Assembly: GCF_947492365.1 (NCBI RefSeq)
Contig: NZ_CANLMB010000001.1
Coordinates: 1,476,874 to 1,540,873 of the forward strand
DNA from: an uncultured Erythrobacter sp.
Lineage (GTDB): Bacteria; Pseudomonadota; Alphaproteobacteria; Sphingomonadales; Sphingomonadaceae
Length of the DNA stretch: 64,000 nt
Direction: 5' to 3'
The notes beneath the pieces are model-generated. The model was not told where the DNA came from, did not search any database, and saw only the letters and a list, made by a program, of their open reading frames with translations. Both the position numbers and the translations under genes were made by a program. Below, piece after piece: positions 22,558-30,783 of the stretch. Position 1 is the stretch's first letter, and each line of letters begins with the position of its first letter.

Positions 22558-24582
22558 ATGAAGCTTGTCCGCGCGGTTATCCTCGGCGGCATCGTCGGTG
22601 TGATGCTGGCATTTCTGCTCGGCACACAAAGCAGCCGCGCGGTGTTTGACAGCTGGCAGCGGCTTTCCCCGCGCGAAATTTCAACCGAGAATGTCGCTGT
22701 CATCCTGATCGATGATGACAGCGTGGTCGGGGTTGATGGGGCCGAAGGCAAGGTCGGCTGGCCGTGGCCGCGCAAGCTGGTCGCGCAACTGGTCGAGAAA
22801 ATCGGTGAGGCTGACCCGGCGCTGATCGGCATCGACATCTATTTTCCCGAACGCGACCCACTGCGCCCCGAAGCCTTTGCCAGCCTATACGCTGATGACG
22901 ATCTGGACGCAGCGAGCCGCGCCGCCATTCTCGATATGCGCGACTGGGATTACGAGCTTGCGCGGGTAATCGGCGAAACTCCCAGCGTTATGGCGCGCGC
23001 GGGGGTCGAATACGGGCTGAGCGATCAGCGCGACTATTTCTTCGAATCCCAGGTCCAGGGTGAAGCGCCCGCTGGCACATTGGCGCTCGACAATATCGTA
23101 GCCACATTGTTCGAACTTGAAGGTGCGGCGCTGTCACAGGCGATGGTCGATGGCGCGCCCGATGACGATGCGATTGTCCGGCGGGTCCCACTGAGCGTGC
23201 GCGTGGGCGACAAGCATCCGCCCGGCTTCGCGCTCGAACTCGCCCGGCTCGGCCTCGGCGTCGAGGAGTTGCGCTGGGAGGGGCAAAGCCTGTTCATGGA
23301 CCGGATCGAAATTCCTGCCGATGCGAATGGCACGATGCGATTCAAGATGGGAGAATTCCCCGCTGCCGCCGATCATTCCGCCGCCGATATCCTGTCCGGC
23401 AGGATCGGAGCCGAGGAATTGCAGGGAAAAATCGTCATTCTCGGTGTTGGCGCGACGGGCACCTATGACATTGTCGGCACCCCTTTGAATGAAGCAGTCT
23501 TTGGCGCATTCGTGCAGGCGCAGGCTGTCGACGCCATTATCGAAGGCGAATGGCTTGCCCGTCCTGCATGGGCAATCGGTTTCGAACTAGTCGCAGGTCT
23601 TTTGCTGTTCGCAATCGTTCTGATCGCGGCGATGACACAGCGCGCAAGGTTGCTGGCCCCGGCCATCGGCATCGCGCTCTTGCTTCCCCTAGTCTCCTGG
23701 GCGGCATTCGATCAGGCTAATCTGCTGCTCGATCCCTCACGCGCGCTCATCATCTGGGCATGTGCAGCCATAGGCCTGTGGATCATGCGTTTCCTCATCA
23801 CGCGCGAAGAGCTGGTGCAGGAGCACTTGCTGGTAACGCTGCATGAAGAGGAGATGGAGTTCGCGCGCCGCATACAGATGAGCATGGTTCCGGGCGAAAC
23901 CACTCTCGCCCGGCTCGATCAACGCGCCGAAATCGCCGGCGTGCTCGAACCGGCCAAGACTGTCGGCGGCGACTTTTTCGATGCGCTCAAGATCGGTGAC
24001 GACAAGCTGCTGTTTCTGGTTGGTGATGTGTCGGGCAAAGGCATGGCAGCGGCGCTCTATATGGCGCTTTCCAAGACTGCGGCGAAGAGCAATCTGGCGC
24101 GTGCAAGCGACGGGTTGCAGAATGCAGTGGCTGCGCTCAATCAGGATTTGATGGACGAAGCCGACCCCGAAATGGGTCTCACCATGCTGGTCGGCATTCT
24201 CGATTGCAGCACCGGCGATCTTGAACTGGTCAATGCAGGCCACGAAAACCCGCTGATTGTCCGCGCAGACCAGTCAGTCGAAACATTCGGGATGATCGGC
24301 GGACCGCCCTTTTGCGTGATCGACTTCAACTATCCGGTCGAGCACGACAAGCTCGAGCCCGGCGACACTCTGGTTATCATCACCGACGGCGCGACCGAGG
24401 CGGCCAATGTAGATGACAAGCTGTTCGGCGTTGAAGGGGTTGTCGGCGCGCTAAAAGCAGCAAACGACCGATCAGCCAAAGGCCGCGCGCAGCATCTGGC
24501 AAAGCAGGTTCGCGTGTTTGAAGGGCCAACCGACCCGAGCGACGATCTGACGATCTTCGCGCTCAGGTTCCTCGGCAGCTAG
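22558..24582 (+). CDS. CHASE2 sensor domain-containing PP2C/SpoIIE-family serine phosphatase
   Basis: Start at the ATG at 22558, downstream of AGGAGG. An N-terminal TM segment is followed by a CHASE2 core (VAVILIDDDSVVGVDGAEGKVGWPWPRKLVAQLVEKIGEADPALIGIDIYFPERDP) and TM helices. The SpoIIE motifs follow: GGDFFD, LVGDVSGKGMAAALYM, LVNAGHENP, ITDGATEA and DDLTIFALRF. Confidence 0.85.
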   Translation: MKLVRAVILGGIVGVMLAFLLGTQSSRAVFDSWQRLSPREISTENVAVILIDDDSVVGVDGAEGKVGWPWPRKLVAQLVEKIGEADPALIGIDIYFPERDPLRPEAFASLYADDDLDAASRAAILDMRDWDYELARVIGETPSVMARAGVEYGLSDQRDYFFESQVQGEAPAGTLALDNIVATLFELEGAALSQAMVDGAPDDDAIVRRVPLSVRVGDKHPPGFALELARLGLGVEELRWEGQSLFMDRIEIPADANGTMRFKMGEFPAAADHSAADILSGRIGAEELQGKIVILGVGATGTYDIVGTPLNEAVFGAFVQAQAVDAIIEGEWLARPAWAIGFELVAGLLLFAIVLIAAMTQRARLLAPAIGIALLLPLVSWAAFDQANLLLDPSRALIIWACAAIGLWIMRFLITREELVQEHLLVTLHEEEMEFARRIQMSMVPGETTLARLDQRAEIAGVLEPAKTVGGDFFDALKIGDDKLLFLVGDVSGKGMAAALYMALSKTAAKSNLARASDGLQNAVAALNQDLMDEADPEMGLTMLVGILDCSTGDLELVNAGHENPLIVRADQSVETFGMIGGPPFCVIDFNYPVEHDKLEPGDTLVIITDGATEAANVDDKLFGVEGVVGALKAANDRSAKGRAQHLAKQVRVFEGPTDPSDDLTIFALRFLGS

Positions 24583-24590
24583 CCCCCAGC

Positions 24591-25394
24591 CTAGCGGACA
24601 GTGACCGTCACAATCCGGTAGGCGTCATTGTCTTCGCGCACTCCGCCAGATGCTCTGAGCGCCGCAAAGTCACCGGCTCCGACCACTTCTATATCTTCGG
24701 CAGAAATCGGCAGATCGTCCCCCAGTTCGGCGAGCAATTGGTAATAGACCGAGGTCGCCCGGCGATAAGACAATTGCTGATTGCGGACCGAGTTTTCCGG
24801 ATCATCGTCAGTGAGATCGGTATAGCCCGCCGAATCCGCAAAGCCGGTGATCTCGATATGCAGTTCGGGCTTTTCCTGCTGGCTGGCGTAGCGATCGTTG
24901 AAGCGGATCAGATAGGCCTGCAAAAAGGCGCGAAGCTCGGCGAGAACAGCAGGCGAAAGCTCGCGTGCGCCAGTTTCAAACTCGAACCGGTCGATCGCCA
25001 CTTCGAGCGGGAGGTCCGCAAGCAGGCCCGCGCGGTCCGGTGTTTCATCGAGCGCGCGGACACGTGGACCCCTTTCACGCAGGGTCGCTTGCTCGTTCTG
25101 ACTGGTCAGAATTGCAGTCGAACTTACCGCAGTTTCGTCGCTGTAGCGTTCTTCGTAGTCTTCTTGCGAAAGCGCCGCGGCATCATCGTCAATTACAGCT
25201 ACGGCGCCCAGATCACAAACAGGCGTTTGCTCGCCTGTTTCAGCGTCAATGACGGGCACAATCTCACCCGAAGCCAGACCTTCACAGATAGCAAGCTTTT
25301 CCGCCTGGATCGGGTTCAGCAGCGTCACGCGGTCTCCCGCGGCACAGCCGGCCAATACTAGCGCGCCCCCCAGCGCCAGAGTTGTTCTGATCAT
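24591..25394 (-). CDS. Lipoprotein with C-terminal OmpA/MotB-like peptidoglycan-binding domain
   Basis: Lipobox LVLAGC. The C-terminus reads ITGFADSAGYTDLTDDDPENSVRNQQLSYRRATSVYYQL, which is OmpA_C-like. Its ATG overlaps the stop of the upstream FecR gene (ATGA at 25391-25394). Confidence 0.7.
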   Translation of the reverse strand: MIRTTLALGGALVLAGCAAGDRVTLLNPIQAEKLAICEGLASGEIVPVIDAETGEQTPVCDLGAVAVIDDDAAALSQEDYEERYSDETAVSSTAILTSQNEQATLRERGPRVRALDETPDRAGLLADLPLEVAIDRFEFETGARELSPAVLAELRAFLQAYLIRFNDRYASQQEKPELHIEITGFADSAGYTDLTDDDPENSVRNQQLSYRRATSVYYQLLAELGDDLPISAEDIEVVGAGDFAALRASGGVREDNDAYRIVTVTVR

Positions 25395-25837
25395 CCGACT
25401 TCAACCACAAAGGTCGTGCCGCGAACGCCCAGCGTCGATGTAGGCGTGCGCACGCGCATCCGGTCGCGCCCGGTCCGAGTGATGTTACCGGAATCAATGC
25501 CAACCGTTCCGCGCCGGATAAAGGTGGTTGAACGGCCCGTCTGGCGCGCCCTGTCATAGCGATATTCGTCGAGCGTGACTTCGCTATTGGGTCCGATCGC
25601 CATGCGGGTGTTGTCGATAAAGGTGATCCCGACCCGGCCTGCACGGCGGGTGACGATTACGTCATCCTCGACCAGTCGCATGCCCGATACGGCGCGATAT
25701 GTGCGGCCATCGCGCGTTACCTCGACCCCGGAAGTCACATTCTTGACCCGGCCAATTTCTTCGCCTGCCGATTGCGCAGCAGCAGGTTGCACGACTAAGG
25801 CGGCAATCGCTGCGATAAGAAAGCTTACTTTTCTCAT
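25391..25837 (-). CDS. Secreted FecR-domain protein
   Basis: Signal peptide MRKVSFLIAAIAALVVQPAAAQ. FecR core: GRVKNVTSGVEVTRDGRTYRAVSGMRLVEDDVIVTRRAGRVGITFIDNTRMAIGPNSEVTLDEY. A GGGGGAG Shine-Dalgarno sequence lies upstream. Confidence 0.8.
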   Translation of the reverse strand: MRKVSFLIAAIAALVVQPAAAQSAGEEIGRVKNVTSGVEVTRDGRTYRAVSGMRLVEDDVIVTRRAGRVGITFIDNTRMAIGPNSEVTLDEYRYDRARQTGRSTTFIRRGTVGIDSGNITRTGRDRMRVRTPTSTLGVRGTTFVVEVG

Positions 25838-25874
25838 ATGTTCTCCCCCAAGGAGTTTGTGTTAGCATATACTT

Positions 25875-26288
25875 ATGGATCGACGGAGACGATTTTCGGC
25901 ATTTGTTGCCAGCGGGCGCGATCCGCGTTCCACGATCCTTCAAGCATTGCAGTTCGCGCGAGAATTTCTGCCCGAAAGCTGCCTTGACGAGCGCGCCCGA
26001 GTCAAGGCTGCAATCATCATAGAAGAGCTAGTATCCAATTCTTTACGTTATGGCGGGCAGGCGAATGACCTGTCCTTGTGGCTCTCGCTCGATGATACGG
26101 GTGACGCGGTGGTGCTCGAACTCGAAGATGATGGCGCGCCGTTTGATCCCACTTGCGAGGATAGTTTCGCCGGTCCGAATCCGGAAACGGGCGGCGGCAT
26201 AGGCCTCGCTATCGTGCGAGCATGGGGAGAAGATCTGACCTATGCCCGCCGGTCGGATCGCAACTGCCTGCAATTGACTATTCGCTGA
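25875..26288 (+). CDS. HATPase_c-type anti-sigma-factor-like serine kinase (RsbW/SpoIIAB type)
   Basis: 137 aa. N-box EELVSNSLRYG, G1-like LEDDGAPFD and G2-like GGGIGLAIV. The size and motifs fit partner-switching kinases. Confidence 0.75.
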   Translation: MDRRRRFSAFVASGRDPRSTILQALQFAREFLPESCLDERARVKAAIIIEELVSNSLRYGGQANDLSLWLSLDDTGDAVVLELEDDGAPFDPTCEDSFAGPNPETGGGIGLAIVRAWGEDLTYARRSDRNCLQLTIR

Positions 26289-27228
26289 TCCCGCTAAGGA
26301 ACGCGAGCACTTCGCGCGCATAATCCTCGGGCACGTCCTCCAGCAGAAAATGCGAGCCGCCTTTCAGGATGACTGGTTCGTAGTCTCGCGTGCCGGGGAT
26401 GATCGGACGGACACTGTGATACCCGCGCGGCGCAACCTGATCCTTATCCGAATAGAGCGTCAGGAAGGGCTTTTCGAAGTCCATCAGCTTTTGCAGCTTG
26501 TGCCAGTTTTCGACCAGCATCGGATTGTCATTGCGAGTGGGCAGCAGCTGGGTGAACTGCCGGTTGCCGGTCAAATAGCTCTTGTCCGGATAGGGCGCAG
26601 CGAAGCCTGCGACGTCTTCTGCGGGCATATCCGTGATCGTCAGTCGGCGCAGCGTCTTCCAATGCTGCCAGTTCTTGCGCAGACGGATGTAGAGCTGGAA
26701 GCGGCGGAGCATCCCTGCTCCCTTGCGCGCCATCTTCGTGATCGGCTTGTCAGGATCGAGCACGGGAAAGCCTGTGTTCGACATGATGATGCTGGCGGTG
26801 CGGTCCTGATAATCCGCAATCGCGCGAAGACCGATAATCCCGCCCCAATCGTGCAGGATGAAATGCGCGCCCTTTAGGTCGAGCTTGTCGAACAGCGCCT
26901 CTTTCACCCAAGCCTCATGCCGGGCAATCGTATAGTCGCTCATCTGCGAGGGTTTGTCCGACCGGCCCATACCAATGAGGTCGATGGCGATGGCGCGGTA
27001 GCCTGCTTCAGCCAGAACAGGGATCAGCTTGCGCCACATATAGGACCAGGTCGGATTGCCGTGGATCATCACGACGGGTTGCCCATCGCGCGGGCCTTCA
27101 TCGACATAGGCCATGCGCAAAGTGCCGCCTTCCATGTCCGACACATCGACATAATGCGCGGCGAATGGAAAGTCGGCGAGGTTGTCAAAACACGCGTCGG
27201 GTGTGCGTAAGGCCTTCATTGCATCCAA
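26278..27228 (-). CDS. Haloalkane dehalogenase-type alpha/beta hydrolase
   Basis: LRTPDACFDNLADFPFAAHYV, HGNPTWSYMWRK and the nucleophile elbow HDWGG. The start may be the ATG at 27219. Confidence 0.85.
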   Translation of the reverse strand: MDAMKALRTPDACFDNLADFPFAAHYVDVSDMEGGTLRMAYVDEGPRDGQPVVMIHGNPTWSYMWRKLIPVLAEAGYRAIAIDLIGMGRSDKPSQMSDYTIARHEAWVKEALFDKLDLKGAHFILHDWGGIIGLRAIADYQDRTASIIMSNTGFPVLDPDKPITKMARKGAGMLRRFQLYIRLRKNWQHWKTLRRLTITDMPAEDVAGFAAPYPDKSYLTGNRQFTQLLPTRNDNPMLVENWHKLQKLMDFEKPFLTLYSDKDQVAPRGYHSVRPIIPGTRDYEPVILKGGSHFLLEDVPEDYAREVLAFLSGISE

Positions 27229-27307
27229 CGGTTAATCAACAGGCAGGTTGATTGCAATTGCCTTTCGGCATTTGCCATGCCATTTCTTCGGCTTTGGAGG
27301 GATTGCT

Positions 27308-28378
27308 GTGTTTAAGAAGATTCTGTTGGGACTGGCCGGGCTGCTCGCATTGGGGCTCGCAGCCATATTCGCATTCCAGAAACCCATCGGCGGATGGCTG
27401 TTTGAACGCGCGGTCCAGCAGAATGTCAGTCTCGACAGCATCGCCGGATTGGAAGACGGATTGCATATTGGCTTGTGCGGCACCGGCTCCCCCATGGCGA
27501 ACCCCGACCGCGCTGGCCCGTGCAATATCGTGGTTGCGGGCGATCAGGTGTTCGTTGTCGATATCGGCGAAGGCGGCGGGCGCAACCTCAGCCTTATGGG
27601 CGTCAATGCGGGCAATCTCGACGCGGTGTTCCTCACCCACTTCCACTCCGACCATATCGACGGAATGGGACCGTTGATGCTCAATCACTGGGTGCGCGGT
27701 AGCAACACCGCTCCCCTCCCCGTCTATGGGCCCGTCGGGGTGCAAGCCATCGTGGACGGCTTCAACGCCGCCTATGCCACCGACAACACCTATCGCACCG
27801 CGCATCACGGCGAAGCTGTCGCGCCGTCAAGCGGCGGCGGGGCCGAAGCGCGCGCCTTTGAAATGGAGGGCGAGAGCGCGGTTGTGTTCGAGCGCGCCGG
27901 GCTGCGCGTCACCGCCTTCACAGTCCCGCATGATCCCGTCGATCCGGCGGTGGGTTACCGGTTCGACTATCAGGGCCGCTCGATCTGCATCAGCGGCGAT
28001 ACGATGAAATCCGCCAATCTGGAGCGCACCTGCGAAGGTGTCGATCTGCTGGTTCACGAAGCGCTGCAAATGGAGATGGTCACGCAGTTGCAGGACGCGC
28101 TGACCGCAAACGGTGCGGAAAACACCGCGAAGATCATGTTCGACATCAGGGACTACCACGCTTCCCCGCAAGACGCCGCAGAAAGCGCGCAGATCGCCGG
28201 GGCCAAGATGCTGGTGCTCAGCCACCTCGTCCCGCCATTGCCCAGCGCCTACCTTTACCCCGCGTTCCTCGGCGATGCGCCCGATCACTTTGACGGCGAC
28301 CTGATCGTGGGCGAAGACGGGATGTTCTTCAGTCTGCCAGCCGGCGGCGAGGCCATCGAACAGACCCGGCTCATGTGA
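27308..28378 (+). CDS. MBL-fold metallo-hydrolase (RNase Z/arylsulfatase-like subgroup), membrane-anchored or secreted
   Basis: Start chosen at GTG 27308, 7 nt after GGAGG. The N-terminus is hydrophobic (FKKILLGLAGLLALGLAAIFAF). It has the HxHxDH motif THFHSDHIDG. Confidence 0.75.
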   Translation: MFKKILLGLAGLLALGLAAIFAFQKPIGGWLFERAVQQNVSLDSIAGLEDGLHIGLCGTGSPMANPDRAGPCNIVVAGDQVFVVDIGEGGGRNLSLMGVNAGNLDAVFLTHFHSDHIDGMGPLMLNHWVRGSNTAPLPVYGPVGVQAIVDGFNAAYATDNTYRTAHHGEAVAPSSGGGAEARAFEMEGESAVVFERAGLRVTAFTVPHDPVDPAVGYRFDYQGRSICISGDTMKSANLERTCEGVDLLVHEALQMEMVTQLQDALTANGAENTAKIMFDIRDYHASPQDAAESAQIAGAKMLVLSHLVPPLPSAYLYPAFLGDAPDHFDGDLIVGEDGMFFSLPAGGEAIEQTRLM

Positions 28379-28389
28379 GGAAACAGGCC

Positions 28390-29382
28390 ATGTACACGAT
28401 CCACGGCGCGCTCGGCTCGCCCTATTCGATGAAGATGCGCGCGCTGATGCGCTACCGCCGGATCACCCATGTCTGGTCGCATGGCAGCCACGTTCAGCAG
28501 CTGGCGGCGCAAAACTCGCTTCCGCCGGTCATCCCCGTCATCGAATATCCCGATGGCAGCTTCCGCAACGATTCCACGCCGGTTCTCTATGATCTGGAAA
28601 CGCGCCACACGGATCGCTCGGTCATTCCGACTGACCCAGCGCAGGCCTTCATCGCCCATCTGCTTGAGGATTTTGCCGATGAATGGCTGACCAAGGCGAT
28701 GTTTGGCTATCGCTGGCTGGAGGAAGTCGACCAGTTGCAGATGAGCCGCTGGCTGTCCTTCGACGCGCTGAAAGGCGGCGGGTTGGAAACGAGCCAAGGC
28801 ATGGCGAAGATGTTTCGCGAACGGCAGGTCGGCCGGATGGCGATAGTCGGCTGCACCCGCGAAAACTTTGCCCTGATCGAGAATTCGACCCGGCGCGTGA
28901 TGCAGGCGCTGGAGGACCATGTGGCCAATGAACACTGGCTGTTCGGCACCCGTCCCTCGCTGGCCGAGCTGGGCATTTATGGGCAGCTCTCACAGCTGGG
29001 AGTTGATCCCACCGCTCAAGCGATGATGCGTGCCGATTATCCCTACACTTTCCGCTGGCTACTCCATGTCGATGATGCTTCGGGAATCGAGGGTGAGTGG
29101 GACGAAGCGAATGCTCCGCTTAGACCTGTGGTCCAGAGCCTGCTGGCCGAAGTCGGGCGAGTCTATGTCCCGTTCCTGCTCGCCAATGAAGCGGCGGCGC
29201 AAGGGCAAGAGAAGACGTTCCGCATCGAAGTGGACGACATGCCCTACGAACAGGGCACGTTCAAATATCAGCTCAAATGCCTTGCCGATCTTCGCGCGAG
29301 ATACGCCGCGCTGACGCCTGATATGCGGGCGCAGATTGACCCTGTGCTCGAAGTGGCAGGGTGCAAGGAGTTCCTGCAATGA
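28390..29382 (+). CDS. Glutathione S-transferase family protein (probable)
   Basis: Start at ATG 28390, after GAGGA. The N-terminus has a thioredoxin-like GST motif (YTIHGALGSPYSMKMRALMRYRRI). This is my recognition of the family without a search. Confidence 0.6.
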   Translation: MYTIHGALGSPYSMKMRALMRYRRITHVWSHGSHVQQLAAQNSLPPVIPVIEYPDGSFRNDSTPVLYDLETRHTDRSVIPTDPAQAFIAHLLEDFADEWLTKAMFGYRWLEEVDQLQMSRWLSFDALKGGGLETSQGMAKMFRERQVGRMAIVGCTRENFALIENSTRRVMQALEDHVANEHWLFGTRPSLAELGIYGQLSQLGVDPTAQAMMRADYPYTFRWLLHVDDASGIEGEWDEANAPLRPVVQSLLAEVGRVYVPFLLANEAAAQGQEKTFRIEVDDMPYEQGTFKYQLKCLADLRARYAALTPDMRAQIDPVLEVAGCKEFLQ

Positions 29383-29861
29383 AGCATGTCCTAGACCGGC
29401 TGTTCCCCGCGAGCTTCGACAATGTCTATCGCGGCAACCGGATCGCGCTTTGGCTATTCTACCCCCTCACCGCGATCACGCTTTGGCGCAGCCAGCACCA
29501 TATCTTTGCCCCCGATGGCGGCGCGCAGAGCATCGCGACGATCCCGCTGGACACCTACACCGAAGGCGGGGCGCAGGGTATCATCACGATCTTTGCTCTG
29601 TGGGGTCTGGCGCAGCTCGCCATGGGCATTGTGATGCTGCTCGCGCTCATCCGCTACAAGTCGATGGTGCCGCTGCTGTGGCTGCTAATCCTACTTGAAT
29701 ATGGCGGGCGCAAGCTCGTCGGCATCTACAAGCCGCTCGAGACAGTCGGGACAGCGCCCGGGGCGACGGCGGCGACTGTTTTGCCGATTGTTGCGCTGGT
29801 GATGCTGGTGCTGGCGCTCTGGCCAGAAAAGGACGCGGGCGACCGGACGCCACACGGCTAA
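29379..29861 (+). CDS. Small integral membrane protein, unknown function
   Basis: ATGA overlap with the upstream stop (29379-29382). It has four hydrophobic segments. Confidence 0.5.
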   Translation: MKHVLDRLFPASFDNVYRGNRIALWLFYPLTAITLWRSQHHIFAPDGGAQSIATIPLDTYTEGGAQGIITIFALWGLAQLAMGIVMLLALIRYKSMVPLLWLLILLEYGGRKLVGIYKPLETVGTAPGATAATVLPIVALVMLVLALWPEKDAGDRTPHG

Positions 29862-30781
29862 TTCGAAGGGGGGCCACGGCGCGTGTCGACCAGCCGGAAA
29901 CCGATATGGTCAGTGCCCAGGTCGCGCTCCTGAAACTGGCGAGCGGCGGGGCGATATCGGGCGCAATAATTGGCGGCGCACAAGAATGATCCGCCTTTGA
30001 TCACACCGACGCTGGCCATCGCGTCTGACCGCGCCGCGCTGGTGCTGGTCCATTCCCAGACATTGCCGATCATGTCGTGCAGACCAAAGGCGTTGGGTTC
30101 AAAGCACCCGACCGGCGCACGCGAAGTGTAGCCGTCTTCGCCCAGATCCCTCGCCGGAAAGACGCCCTGATAATAGTTCGCCTGCGGATTGCCCGCCGCG
30201 TCTAAGGGTTCCGGAAGGCTCTCCGATCCGGCCCGCGCGGCGTATTCCCATTGCGCTTCGCTCGGCAGGCTCATGCCCGCCCATTCAGCATAAGCGAGCG
30301 CATCATCATAAGTGACTTGCACGACCGGGTCATTCGCGCGGCCCTCGATCGAAGTGTCCGGACCATTGGGCGCGCGCCACTGGGCTCCGACAGTCCAGCT
30401 CCACCAGTTCGGGTTGTCTGGTGTCGGCGCGCGGAATGTCGCCGATCCGGGTTGCAGCATCTCAGGCGGCGCGCCGGGAATAGCGGGCGGCGCGCGTTCT
30501 GCAGTGGTCACATAGCCGGTCGCTTCGACAAAATCGGCAAACTCAGCATTGGTGACTTCGGTGCGCGACATCCAGAAGCCCGCGATTTCGACCTCGCGGG
30601 CGGGAGCTTCCTCGGGATAAAGCGAGGCCTCGCCCATCACAAAGCTGCCGCCTTCGACCCACACCATTGCGGCATCAGGCAGCCCCTGACACGATCCTTC
30701 ATTCGCTTGCGCAGCGACCTCATCACCGGCGTCGGAGCAACCAGCCAATAACAGCGCCGCGAGGATCGCCGGGCGAAGCAT
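29858..30781 (-). CDS. Formylglycine-generating enzyme family protein (sulfatase-modifying factor), lipoprotein
   Basis: Lipobox LLAGC. FGE motifs: GGSFVMGE, RTEVTNAEFADFVEATGY, HDMIGNVWEWTS and GGSFLC. Confidence 0.85.
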   Translation of the reverse strand: MLRPAILAALLLAGCSDAGDEVAAQANEGSCQGLPDAAMVWVEGGSFVMGEASLYPEEAPAREVEIAGFWMSRTEVTNAEFADFVEATGYVTTAERAPPAIPGAPPEMLQPGSATFRAPTPDNPNWWSWTVGAQWRAPNGPDTSIEGRANDPVVQVTYDDALAYAEWAGMSLPSEAQWEYAARAGSESLPEPLDAAGNPQANYYQGVFPARDLGEDGYTSRAPVGCFEPNAFGLHDMIGNVWEWTSTSAARSDAMASVGVIKGGSFLCAANYCARYRPAARQFQERDLGTDHIGFRLVDTRRGPPSN

Positions 30782-30783
30782 GG

